Of a DNA stretch of 64,000 nucleotides, positions 8,566 through 16,693 are shown one piece after another (within the stretch, counting starts at the first letter, position 1; each line of letters begins with the position of its first letter). The notes beneath the pieces are model-generated. The model was not told the origin of the DNA and searched no databases. It saw only the letters and a program-made list of their open reading frames with translations. The position numbers and the translations under genes are program-made. This DNA comes from a virus. Location of the stretch: the IMG/VR virus record IMGVR_UViG_3300032753_000003, positions 32,001 through 96,000 of that record; one strand, 5' to 3'.

Positions 8566-9064
8566 AGATCTTGATTATCCATTCAAAGGCGTTGTTTGCT
8601 TCGGCAGGATCAACATCTGTTATGTTGGCCCTGATGTAATTGATGCATTGTTTTAGGTTGTCAAACTCTAGATGGCTATGCTGCCACGGAATCTTCTTGG
8701 CAAGTATTTGCCCGCCATACATATTGCCTAGATAATGTACATATGCATGTGCCCATGCTCTCTGAACATCTAGCTGATCTATATAGTCAACATATCTATT
8801 GGTGCTGTTGGTAGGTGTACCTGCACCTCGACCTAGAGCAGTTAAATCAGCCTTAAACTTGTCTGCACGCTTAACACTGTCTGGCATAAAATGCAATCGA
8901 CGTTCGATAGCACCGTATATTGCCAACATGTTGAATATAAAATTGTGATATTGCACCTCAGTTAGGGTGCTATTTATCATAGCCTGGGAGAATGCAGTCT
9001 TTTCTGCGGCTTTGTGGTTGTGTGATGTTGCTTCGCGCAGATCAATTGAATTGTTCATAATCAA
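8519..9064 (-). CDS. hemO: Heme oxygenase
   Basis: LREAT..NHKAAE proximal His helix; AHAYVHYLGNMYGGQILAK distal helix; EANNAFEW. Confidence 0.9.
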   Translation of the reverse strand: MIMNNSIDLREATSHNHKAAEKTAFSQAMINSTLTEVQYHNFIFNMLAIYGAIERRLHFMPDSVKRADKFKADLTALGRGAGTPTNSTNRYVDYIDQLDVQRAWAHAYVHYLGNMYGGQILAKKIPWQHSHLEFDNLKQCINYIRANITDVDPAEANNAFEWIIKIYDELHYSSGPNSSPA

Positions 9065-9073
9065 AGTATTTGG

Positions 9074-9643
9074 TCATCGGCGTACCAAATGCAAATTGAT
9101 TGATTCTAAAATAGACAACATCTTTCTGACTTTGGCAGTTTCAGTTGCTTTGGCTTTGGTGCTGAGTTGTTCCCAGGGTAACAATCTGGGATCCATGCGC
9201 AACACTCTATCTCTACGAGGACCATAATTCCAACCTTCTGCCACTCGAGAATTGACGTCGTCTGCATGCAATCTCTTGGCAACTTGTTCAGCTATCTCAT
9301 TGAGAATGTCTTCTTGCAATGCTGCTTTGACAATCTTGCTTTGTTGTGATTGACTGAAGTCAACGATAAAATCACCATCCGGGCAAGCTTTGTCCCAGGC
9401 CACTGCTATGAGACCGGCTTCGTCTTCTGTTAGATCTCTGGTTAATGGTACTACATATCCACCTCTGTTACCCAGCTTGGTAACATAAAACTCGCTTTGT
9501 TTGCGATGACCATTGCTGATGATGTTGGTGCTGCCCTGTACACCGTTGGGCAAATATTTCACCACAGTGTCTCGCCAGCGCTTGGCTAGATCTTTTTCAA
9601 GAGGTTCTGGTGTTATGAGAGTTATATGAGGATGCGTTGACAT
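9074..9643 (-). CDS. RyR (ryanodine-receptor repeat) domain protein
   Basis: C-terminal AKRLH...RVAEGWNYG..RD....DPRLLPWEQL. Confidence 0.75.
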   Translation of the reverse strand: MSTHPHITLITPEPLEKDLAKRWRDTVVKYLPNGVQGSTNIISNGHRKQSEFYVTKLGNRGGYVVPLTRDLTEDEAGLIAVAWDKACPDGDFIVDFSQSQQSKIVKAALQEDILNEIAEQVAKRLHADDVNSRVAEGWNYGPRRDRVLRMDPRLLPWEQLSTKAKATETAKVRKMLSILESINLHLVRR

Positions 9644-9746
9644 GCTGATATTTATTGCAAATGATATTAAACTAATCCGGCTGACTTTAGATCTCCATCC
9701 ATTTCATGTGCCATTAATAACTATGAATTTAATGAAGCTTTCATAG

Positions 9747-9911
9747 TTAATATAAACGGCATGATTTTATCAAAGCTTCAAATTTAGCAAAGTCTCGAAT
9801 GCATTCTTCATCAAATTCTATCCATTGCTTGGCAAATTCTTCTGACACTTCTATCCAACCGTCTCCGGGGCATGTTGGAGATCTAACTATTTTCAACTTG
9901 CTGTGTTGCAT
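9747..9911 (-). CDS. Small hypothetical protein (54 aa)
   Basis: Open frame MQHSKLKIVRSPTCPGDGWIEVSEEF...; below the ORF-track cutoff. Confidence 0.45.
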   Translation of the reverse strand: MQHSKLKIVRSPTCPGDGWIEVSEEFAKQWIEFDEECIRDFAKFEALIKSCRLY

Positions 9912-9947
9912 TGCATAATTTCCAGTATGTTATTATCGTGATATTTA

Positions 9948-10328
9948 TTAGAACAGCTTTAGATGTCCAGTCACAGCATCTATCTTGTCTGCACTGTCTG
10001 GACCAACTGCCACCGTGGTTAGAGTTGGCACTCCGTTAAATTCAGTAAGACCGCTATCTCGGATGATACTGCAGATCAAACCAGCAGCTTGTGCTTTGGC
10101 ATAAATGTCAAGAAGTTCTTGTTCGCTGTCTACGCTAACACAAATCTTCTTGAACAAGCCTGTGATCCACGGCTTCAATCTATCGTCCATGTGCAAGGTT
10201 AGCGTATCACCGTGTACTTCACATTGATCCAATATGGCTTTGAGGCTGGCATGCGCCAACTGGGCCATCATTTTGCCTTTTCGACATTTTAAATCTTTTC
10301 TGACAACTATTACTTGTTTGTGATTCAT
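9948..10328 (-). CDS. pth2: Peptidyl-tRNA hydrolase, Pth2 (archaeal/eukaryotic) type
   Basis: KQVIVVRKDL...GKMMAQLAHA, KKICVSV, IRDSGLTE, TTVAVGP, IDAVTGHLKL. Confidence 0.92.
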   Translation of the reverse strand: MNHKQVIVVRKDLKCRKGKMMAQLAHASLKAILDQCEVHGDTLTLHMDDRLKPWITGLFKKICVSVDSEQELLDIYAKAQAAGLICSIIRDSGLTEFNGVPTLTTVAVGPDSADKIDAVTGHLKLF

Positions 10329-10353
10329 AATATTCCTCAATTATCTAGTTATA

Positions 10354-10770
10354 TCACTCAGGTATAATTCTATACGGAACATTTCCGCCATATTTTGTAA
10401 ACATCAATATCTCTGATTTGGGATATCCATTCTCCACTAGCCATTCCTCAATCCTATCCATTTGATCATCGGGTATTGGTTTGGGAAATCCCCATTTCCA
10501 ACCTCCCGGAGGATCTATCAAGGTGCGAGGACCTTTGCCGTTCCAGGTTAGATTAAACACAGTAGCATCTTGTTGATTACTGAACAACCATGTACTAAAA
10601 TCTCTGTCTGTTACATGCGGCGAACCTGTTAAGGCTGGTCGCCAAGTTATACCACTGTTGTCTATGCCAAACTGATCTATACACCATCCCATGATGTCTC
10701 GATGATGTTCAAGCTCGTACCACCTGCTGATGGTTACACGATAGGGGAATTGTTCATCTAACTTAGCCAT
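10354..10770 (-). CDS. Two-part protein: WC...FxLxW module + IDPPxGWxWGFPK module
   Basis: GWCIDQFG...WLFSNQQDATVFNLTW followed by LIDPPGGWKWGFPKPIP. Confidence 0.7.
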   Translation of the reverse strand: MAKLDEQFPYRVTISRWYELEHHRDIMGWCIDQFGIDNSGITWRPALTGSPHVTDRDFSTWLFSNQQDATVFNLTWNGKGPRTLIDPPGGWKWGFPKPIPDDQMDRIEEWLVENGYPKSEILMFTKYGGNVPYRIIPE

Positions 10771-11043
10771 TTATATTTGCTCTATATCCACGCTGCTCAA
10801 TATAACCCATGTTAACCATTCGGGGTCAATTGGATCAGCATTGTTACCTGTGCTCCTGTTCTTTACGTAACGATATCCGTCACAGTCGGATTGAATTATA
10901 TAATCACAGAGGTTAAACAATTGATACCAATTTCTAGTGTTATATGACGAATCTACATAAGTGCTGGGCACCAAGATGTATTTGTGATTGATGTGATTAT
11001 GCCGTGCGGCGCTATCATTCAAAACGCAATAGAATTGAATCAT
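10771..11043 (-). CDS. Hypothetical protein
   Basis: ATG 11043 overlaps the upstream TGA (ATGA coupling). Confidence 0.6.
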   Translation of the reverse strand: MIQFYCVLNDSAARHNHINHKYILVPSTYVDSSYNTRNWYQLFNLCDYIIQSDCDGYRYVKNRSTGNNADPIDPEWLTWVILSSVDIEQI

Positions 11044-11222
11044 AATACTTTTATCCCATAACAATCGTCAAATATATCAACAACAAGTGTAGGATGATGG
11101 TCTTGATTAACATAAAACCATTCTACTATCTTACCTTTGGTATATCCTACACGGCTGAAATCAATTAACCATAGTTGTATGTCTAGGGTATCTGATGTAG
11201 TGTGTACCTTTAACCTCTTCAT
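11040..11222 (-). CDS. Hypothetical protein
   Basis: Fills operon gap, translationally coupled. Confidence 0.55.
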   Translation of the reverse strand: MKRLKVHTTSDTLDIQLWLIDFSRVGYTKGKIVEWFYVNQDHHPTLVVDIFDDCYGIKVL

Positions 11223-11229
11223 TATTAAT

Positions 11230-11601
11230 TTAACCCCAAGCTAACAAGAATTCTGTTGCATGTTTGCTATCATCGATTCCGACACATACTACCATAAATG
11301 CTCGAGATATAGTCTTACCGTAAGTTGTATCAGAATCTCCGCTTTGTACACCCAACCATTTGATATCGCGTTCTCGCAACCACGAGTCCATATCAGGATA
11401 ATATTTTTCTAGCCAACAATGTATAGCTGCATCATGATGATTGCGATATCCTAGTGCATATAGACCTTCGTAATCATCAGGATAATCAAACTCGTGTCTG
11501 TAATCCCACTCAACTTCAGCCACTACAAAATTGTGCCCACAAAAGTAATTTGGTAGCTTTTTAACCGTATCATATAGTCTGTGATACTTATGAATGGTCA
11601 T
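11230..11601 (-). CDS. WC...FxLxW-family-like protein
   Basis: Ends GIDDSKHATEFLLAWG. Confidence 0.65.
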   Translation of the reverse strand: MTIHKYHRLYDTVKKLPNYFCGHNFVVAEVEWDYRHEFDYPDDYEGLYALGYRNHHDAAIHCWLEKYYPDMDSWLRERDIKWLGVQSGDSDTTYGKTISRAFMVVCVGIDDSKHATEFLLAWG

Positions 11602-11603
11602 AA

Positions 11604-12080
11604 TCAGTCGCTGCTAGAGCTACCACTGTCATAACTGCTAGAGCTACCACTATCCCACGAGCTTGAACTATGGCTGCTGTCATAGCTGCTATGTGAACTA
11701 GAACTTGAATCATAGCTGCTGTCATAGCTGCTATGTGAACTAGAACTTGAATCATAGCTGCTATGTGAGCTAGAACTTGAATCATGGTTGCTGTGCGAGC
11801 CAGCGCTAGAGTGTGCAGTTGAACTATCAGACGAATAATCTACAGAAGTGCCGGCTCCGCCACTGGATCCGCCGTGTCCGGTAAAAGTATCAGTATGATT
11901 GCTGCTAGACTTGCTGGTCATCATGTCATATAGCAACATGTTGTTTACAATTGCAGGCGTATCGGTACTATCATCCGAACTCTTAGTATAAGAGCTACGA
12001 GTGGATACAGTTGAAGTCTTGCGTAGTTCCTCTGGCTTCTTGCCCTTCAATCTATCCCAAACCCATTTAAAACTGTTCAT
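11604..12080 (-). CDS. Ser-rich low-complexity protein
   Basis: FTGHGGSSGGAG motif then repeated SSSSHSSYD; GGAGG RBS. Confidence 0.75.
   Translation of the reverse strand: MNSFKWVWDRLKGKKPEELRKTSTVSTRSSYTKSSDDSTDTPAIVNNMLLYDMMTSKSSSNHTDTFTGHGGSSGGAGTSVDYSSDSSTAHSSAGSHSNHDSSSSSHSSYDSSSSSHSSYDSSYDSSSSSHSSYDSSHSSSSWDSGSSSSYDSGSSSSD
11681..11782. repeat. Three roughly 30-nt tandem units encoding SSSSHSSYD
   Basis: catagctgctatgtgaactagaacttgaat repeated with small variations. Confidence 0.8.
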
Positions 12081-12103
12081 ATTGACCTCCTATGTCAATA
12101 GCA

Positions 12104-12134
12104 TTGATAGCATCTTCAGTAAACGCTGTCAACC
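12104..12134 (-). promoter_or_regulatory. Sigma70-type early promoter, 17-nt spacer variant
   Basis: GGTTGACA-gcgtttactga-AGATGC-TATCAA. Confidence 0.55.
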
Positions 12135-12235
12135 ATATGTTTCTTGATACTGCTAAAATATAGTAGAAACCATTTATTAGTGATAACCATATAGATGTCT
12201 CGTCAATACCCGCAGTGAAATATACGCTAAACCAT

Positions 12236-12243
12236 TATAAATA
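12236..12243 (+). promoter_or_regulatory. T4-like late promoter motif TATAAATA
   Basis: Exact motif 24 nt upstream of GTG 12267. Confidence 0.55.
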
Positions 12244-12266
12244 ATATCAATCATAGAGGTGATACC

Positions 12267-13157
12267 GTGTGTATAGTAGCTGCCAAATATTTTCCTGAGA
12301 CAGGTTGGACAATAGTTAAGAACCGCGACAGGAATTATATTCCAGAAATAAGTTTCAAGCAGACAACTGCAGACGGAGTTGAGATACTCGTGTTCTGGGA
12401 CGATATCACTCAGTACTGCGAGGGAATGAACAGTGGCGGCGTCTGCATATTGAGTGCAAGTTTGATGGTCAAGGACGATGAGAAGGAAATAACCGTCCGC
12501 AGCAAGACCCCCAGCAAGGATGGTGTTAAACTCAAGAAAGCTCTGCGTTTCCCCAATGTCAAAGCCGCTGCTATGAGCCTCATCAAAGCCAAACTACCCG
12601 GTAACACACTCATAGCAGACAAAGAGACTTGCTATCTACTAGAAGGTTGCTGGAAACCAGGTGGATATGATTCCAAAGAATGCGCCTACAAGATCCGTGA
12701 AATACCACATGATGAAACTGTAGTACGTACCAATCACGGTGTATGGTTAGATTGGGCTGGGTATCAGCGTGTTGATGACAACGAGAATCAAACTATGAGC
12801 CGCATAAGCTCAGAGAGTCGCAAGGCCATAGCAGAACGTGTAGTAGAGAAAGCCAAAACTCCAGACGAGATGATCGATGGGTTGGCAGGCACATACATAG
12901 ATAATCCTCAGCTCAATTGTTTACGTACAACTGACAAAAAGAAGATGATGAGGACTACCAGTCAAATCATGATGATTCCCGGTGAGGACACTATGTTTAT
13001 TCGCCCAGTTCAAAGTCATATGACTTTTAACTTCTGGGAACTTAACGATCCAAAACACAAGTTGTGGTTAGAAATATTGGGCAACAGAGTCTTGTACAAG
13101 CGCAAACAGGAAGGCGAGAAAATGCCATTCCCCAAGATGAACCACAAGGCGGATTGA
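12267..13157 (+). CDS. Ntn-hydrolase (N-terminal Cys nucleophile; C45/NRDE-like)
   Basis: MCIV...KNRDR start, EGMNSGG, VVRTNHG. Confidence 0.7.
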   Translation: MCIVAAKYFPETGWTIVKNRDRNYIPEISFKQTTADGVEILVFWDDITQYCEGMNSGGVCILSASLMVKDDEKEITVRSKTPSKDGVKLKKALRFPNVKAAAMSLIKAKLPGNTLIADKETCYLLEGCWKPGGYDSKECAYKIREIPHDETVVRTNHGVWLDWAGYQRVDDNENQTMSRISSESRKAIAERVVEKAKTPDEMIDGLAGTYIDNPQLNCLRTTDKKKMMRTTSQIMMIPGEDTMFIRPVQSHMTFNFWELNDPKHKLWLEILGNRVLYKRKQEGEKMPFPKMNHKAD

Positions 13158-13161
13158 TCAT

Positions 13162-13674
13162 ATGAAACTCATAGATCTGTTGATTGAGACATCTGATCAT
13201 CGTGCAGAATTAGATCAGCTAACAGTTGATCTCAAACGCGGCATGAGCACTAGAGATCCAAATCCTGTTAGGATATTCATAACAGACGCCCTTAGAGCTA
13301 AATTAAATCATTTGGAAATAAAAGCAGTACTAGAGTCTATGAAACCTGAAATATTGGAATGGTTGAGATCTTTTATTTCAGTTAGGAAGAAATATCTCAG
13401 CAATGTGGCTGCACACTTTGTACTGAACATAAAATATTTGCAAAAATCAGCAGGCATCAACTGGAATGAGCTAGATGCAATTGTAGAAGACAACAAATTT
13501 GATATTGTTAAGTATTTGTTGACGTTATTCAAAACCGAACATTATAAATTTGCATTAGAGTTGATCAAGGATATACATACACTGGGGTTTGACTGGGATG
13601 AGCTTTATACCATTAAGAATAGTATAGATTCAATTGTGTCTGGTAAAATTGATCACCATCGCCAGACCCACTGA
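13162..13674 (+). CDS. DWPEL-module protein (two modules), N-terminal MKLIDL tag
   Basis: GINWNELDAI and GFDWDELYTIKNSI. Confidence 0.7.
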   Translation: MKLIDLLIETSDHRAELDQLTVDLKRGMSTRDPNPVRIFITDALRAKLNHLEIKAVLESMKPEILEWLRSFISVRKKYLSNVAAHFVLNIKYLQKSAGINWNELDAIVEDNKFDIVKYLLTLFKTEHYKFALELIKDIHTLGFDWDELYTIKNSIDSIVSGKIDHHRQTH

Positions 13675-14240
13675 TACCCTTGATAGATCATTTCTTTGCC
13701 CATCATAGCCATAACTTCTGCTACATATGTTCCTTTGCCAACGTGTTTGCCTTCGATAATGAGATTGTCGTCAACACACACCAGGGTTCCTGGACGCAAC
13801 GCACCTTTGATAGCTAAAAGCTCATAGATATGATGCTGCGCACTAGGGTGCCAATTGTTGATATCGAGATCATAACTGTCCAAGTAGAGCAAGTCAATCT
13901 TGCGATCTAGCTTATCATATTCTTTCTCTTTGGTAGACAAAAACGCAACACTATCTCCACAATAGATCATAGTGCGATTACTGGTACGAGACGAAGTGAA
14001 GCTACACGCTTCTTGACTGAGATCTACGCTTTGCACAGTGCCATCTAGTTCATTGGCAACTGCATCCCAGATCAGCGAACTCATACCATCTCCAAACCAA
14101 TTGTTCTCCTGACGACTGACACCAGTTTCAACCACAAGTGGATATTTGCAAGTACGCAAGTGATCAACCATCAACCTAAATGCAGGTTCTCTCTTGTCAG
14201 TCTTTGACAGCATCTCTTCTAGAGTTAACTTGTTAATCAT
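13653..14240 (-). CDS. Class I SAM-dependent methyltransferase (Methyltransf_24-like)
   Basis: VVETG, QSVDL, YCGDSVAFL, IDLLYLDS, LVCVDDN, GKG. Confidence 0.85.
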   Translation of the reverse strand: MINKLTLEEMLSKTDKREPAFRLMVDHLRTCKYPLVVETGVSRQENNWFGDGMSSLIWDAVANELDGTVQSVDLSQEACSFTSSRTSNRTMIYCGDSVAFLSTKEKEYDKLDRKIDLLYLDSYDLDINNWHPSAQHHIYELLAIKGALRPGTLVCVDDNLIIEGKHVGKGTYVAEVMAMMGKEMIYQGYQWVWRW

Positions 14241-14451
14241 GCATACTCTCCTGTTGAGTGTCTTGTGATTCTGTATCTAAAAATTGCACTATATATTGTT
14301 CTGTATAGATAGCTTTGCGATCTGGTATAAACCCTCGTTTAGCTGCCGACCAAAGTTTGAACGCTTCCCACAATGGCGGATTGATTTCCCAACAGGGCCT
14401 ATCTCTAGGTTGATCTATAGTGTACCAAAATCTATTGTCTCTATTGCTCAT
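14233..14451 (-). CDS. Hypothetical protein
   Basis: Downstream of TTGACA-N16-TATCAT (14458-14485, minus strand). Confidence 0.6.
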   Translation of the reverse strand: MSNRDNRFWYTIDQPRDRPCWEINPPLWEAFKLWSAAKRGFIPDRKAIYTEQYIVQFLDTESQDTQQESMHD

Positions 14452-14528
14452 AACTAAATGATAAGGGTATTACACTATATGTCAATGGTCTTGACAAATT
14501 CATTAGCTGCATCTTAATATAATAACAT

Positions 14529-14604
14529 GCGCCGTTGGGCCAGATGGATGGCCGGTCAACTCTAAATCGACACAAGGTAGGTTCGATACCTACACGGCGC
14601 ACCA
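14529..14604 (+). tRNA. tRNA with CUA anticodon (amber suppressor type), 76 nt, encoded CCA
   Basis: Acceptor GCGCCGT/ACGGCGC, D stem GGCC/GGCC, anticodon stem GTCAA/TCGAC (one A-C mismatch) with loop CT-CTA-AA, T arm GTAGG-TTCGATA-CCTAC, A73-CCA. Confidence 0.9.
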
Positions 14605-14607
14605 ACA

Positions 14608-15357
14608 TTATTTGCGTTTCAGTTGACCTTTGACCCATCCAGTTGGGCAAACATCGGATAAACAATTATTAACTCCGTTGTTATACCACTTTAGACCTTT
14701 AGTGCTTTTACATTTAAGTTGTCCAGATTTCCAACCATCTGGACAACTTTGTGACATCATACTTTCGATGCCATTGTTATACCATTTCCATCCAATTGGC
14801 TTTCCGGTTTGACCTTTGAGTCGTCCGGGCACCCATCCCGGAGGACATTCTAGTAATTGTTTTGCTTTAATTCCATTATTATAGAACTTTTTACCAGGTA
14901 ATCTTCCATTTACCCATCCAGCTGGACATTCGCTGCACCAGCGCTCCTCAAGTCCATTATTGTACCATGTATGGTGTTGTTTAGTGATACTATAAGCCAA
15001 TTTAATTCTAGAATAATTTCTTGAATTAAGTTGGCGTAGTTGATTACTGCTCGAACGATTAAACGCAATTAATGCATATTCCATTTTTATACGGTAAGAA
15101 CTATTTTTACTCACCATCTTTGGTAATAAGAGATGAAAAATGAAGTGTTCTCGAGCAGTTAATAATACACAATTCCATGGGTGTACAGTTAAGTTTTTAT
15201 ATTCAGGGAATAATGATTCAGGTAGAATATGATGTCTCTCATAATAAACACCTTTACCTTTTGATCTCAATTCTACTAGAGCAGAATTAATAATATTATA
15301 ATACCATCTAGTATATTTGTTATCAGAAAACACGCCATTATGGCTATAAATATTCAT
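14608..15357 (-). CDS. HNH homing endonuclease with four WYNNG...CPxGW repeats
   Basis: YYERHHILP...NCVLLTAREHFIFH; four C-terminal repeats; ends 3 nt from the tRNA 3' end. Confidence 0.85.
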   Translation of the reverse strand: MNIYSHNGVFSDNKYTRWYYNIINSALVELRSKGKGVYYERHHILPESLFPEYKNLTVHPWNCVLLTAREHFIFHLLLPKMVSKNSSYRIKMEYALIAFNRSSSNQLRQLNSRNYSRIKLAYSITKQHHTWYNNGLEERWCSECPAGWVNGRLPGKKFYNNGIKAKQLLECPPGWVPGRLKGQTGKPIGWKWYNNGIESMMSQSCPDGWKSGQLKCKSTKGLKWYNNGVNNCLSDVCPTGWVKGQLKRK

Positions 15358-15496
15358 GCTGTTGCTCCCCAAAGCGATAGAGTAGTTGGGGCGACCAACC
15401 CGCGAACTACATGTTATTTATGTTACATATCAAGTGTAGTTAATTCGTCTAACTGCTAATAAATACACGATATCTTTGTAATAATAGGTACGTGTT

Positions 15497-16339
15497 ATGA
15501 AAATTACAGAATTGAATTATAAATTAGATGAAGATGTAGAAGGTCAAATAGCAGCTAGAGCTAAATTTATTAAAGATAAATTTGGATCACAGTGGCATGG
15601 TGTATCTGGTTATGAAGATATTGATAAATTCATAGAAAAATTGATTCAAGTTGATCCAAGCCTCAAAAAGATTTACATTCCTTGGATGGCTAGGTTGATC
15701 ATCACCAAACCAACTGAGAACCGTGCAGAAGACCTAGACAGAGTAGGACAGGACCTGCAGGCATTTGAAGCCAACAAAGCCAAGATTGCCAACAAAGACA
15801 TCAACTCTTACAAGAGCTTCCAAGATCTATTTGATGTCATAGCTCCATTCCTAGCACCAAAAAAGAAAACTAAAGATGAATTAGCCAAGGAAAAAGAAAA
15901 GGCTGCTCTTGAGAAGGTCAAAGCAGACATCATAACTGTATATCAGGGTCCAGAAGGTTGGATAAGAATTCCAACCACCCAGGCTGCTGCTACATTCCTC
16001 GGACAGGGTACACGTTGGTGTACAGCCGCACAAAAGAACAACATGTTCAGCCATTACGCTAAAGATGATAACCTATTTGTGGTTTATGACAAGACTTCAA
16101 AAGAGCGCTTTCAGTTGCACATACAAAGTGGCCAATTTGCTAGCGAAGATGATCGCAACGAGGGACTTGGTGCAGTTCCAGAATGGGCTGGTAAGATAAT
16201 ATTGGATTATTATCAAAAGCACAATCCCAAATTGACCATGAAGCAACTTATGGCGTTGCAGGGATTTACTAAAGACAATTTGGCTGCGGGAACCGAGCAC
16301 GAAGGACTATTTGATCTTTTTAAACAATATGGAATTTAA
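15497..16339 (+). CDS. PcfJ-like WCT-motif protein, N-terminal MKITEL tag
   Basis: FLGQGTRWCTAA..NNMFSHY, LFVVYDK...RFQLH; ATAAATA at 15459-15465. Confidence 0.65.
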   Translation: MKITELNYKLDEDVEGQIAARAKFIKDKFGSQWHGVSGYEDIDKFIEKLIQVDPSLKKIYIPWMARLIITKPTENRAEDLDRVGQDLQAFEANKAKIANKDINSYKSFQDLFDVIAPFLAPKKKTKDELAKEKEKAALEKVKADIITVYQGPEGWIRIPTTQAAATFLGQGTRWCTAAQKNNMFSHYAKDDNLFVVYDKTSKERFQLHIQSGQFASEDDRNEGLGAVPEWAGKIILDYYQKHNPKLTMKQLMALQGFTKDNLAAGTEHEGLFDLFKQYGI

Positions 16340-16342
16340 TCC

Positions 16343-16693
16343 ATGCGGTTAAATGACATCTTCGAGTATGAGGCCAAACCTATAAATGAAGAGGCTGATG
16401 CAAAACTTGATAAAATAAGCAGCGAATTTACAGACATGTCTGTAATTGGACCTATGACCAAATTGCAAAAATACTATAACCACAATTACAACGTATCGGT
16501 ATCAAGTATACGTACTGTACTTGAGAACAATAAAAACTCCATAATTAAATTTATGTTGTCACATATAAAAATATTCGATAAAAATTCGGTTAGAATGGTA
16601 TTGGTTGATCTTCGCAACTTTGATATAGAATGGCCAGAACTTGATATCATACAAAAAGGTTTAGAAACTATGAATAAAAAGGCAGGACAATGA
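16343..16693 (+). CDS. DWPEL-module protein, N-terminal MRLNDI tag
   Basis: DIEWPELDIIQKGL. Confidence 0.7.
   Translation: MRLNDIFEYEAKPINEEADAKLDKISSEFTDMSVIGPMTKLQKYYNHNYNVSVSSIRTVLENNKNSIIKFMLSHIKIFDKNSVRMVLVDLRNFDIEWPELDIIQKGLETMNKKAGQ

Noticed and set aside
14559-14565. Reading the tRNA as Arg(UCU)
   Set aside because: That register gives no anticodon-stem pairing and no U33; only the CUA register folds
14441-14665. 74-aa minus-strand ORF
   Set aside because: Antisense to the tRNA and overlapping promoters and the HNH gene end
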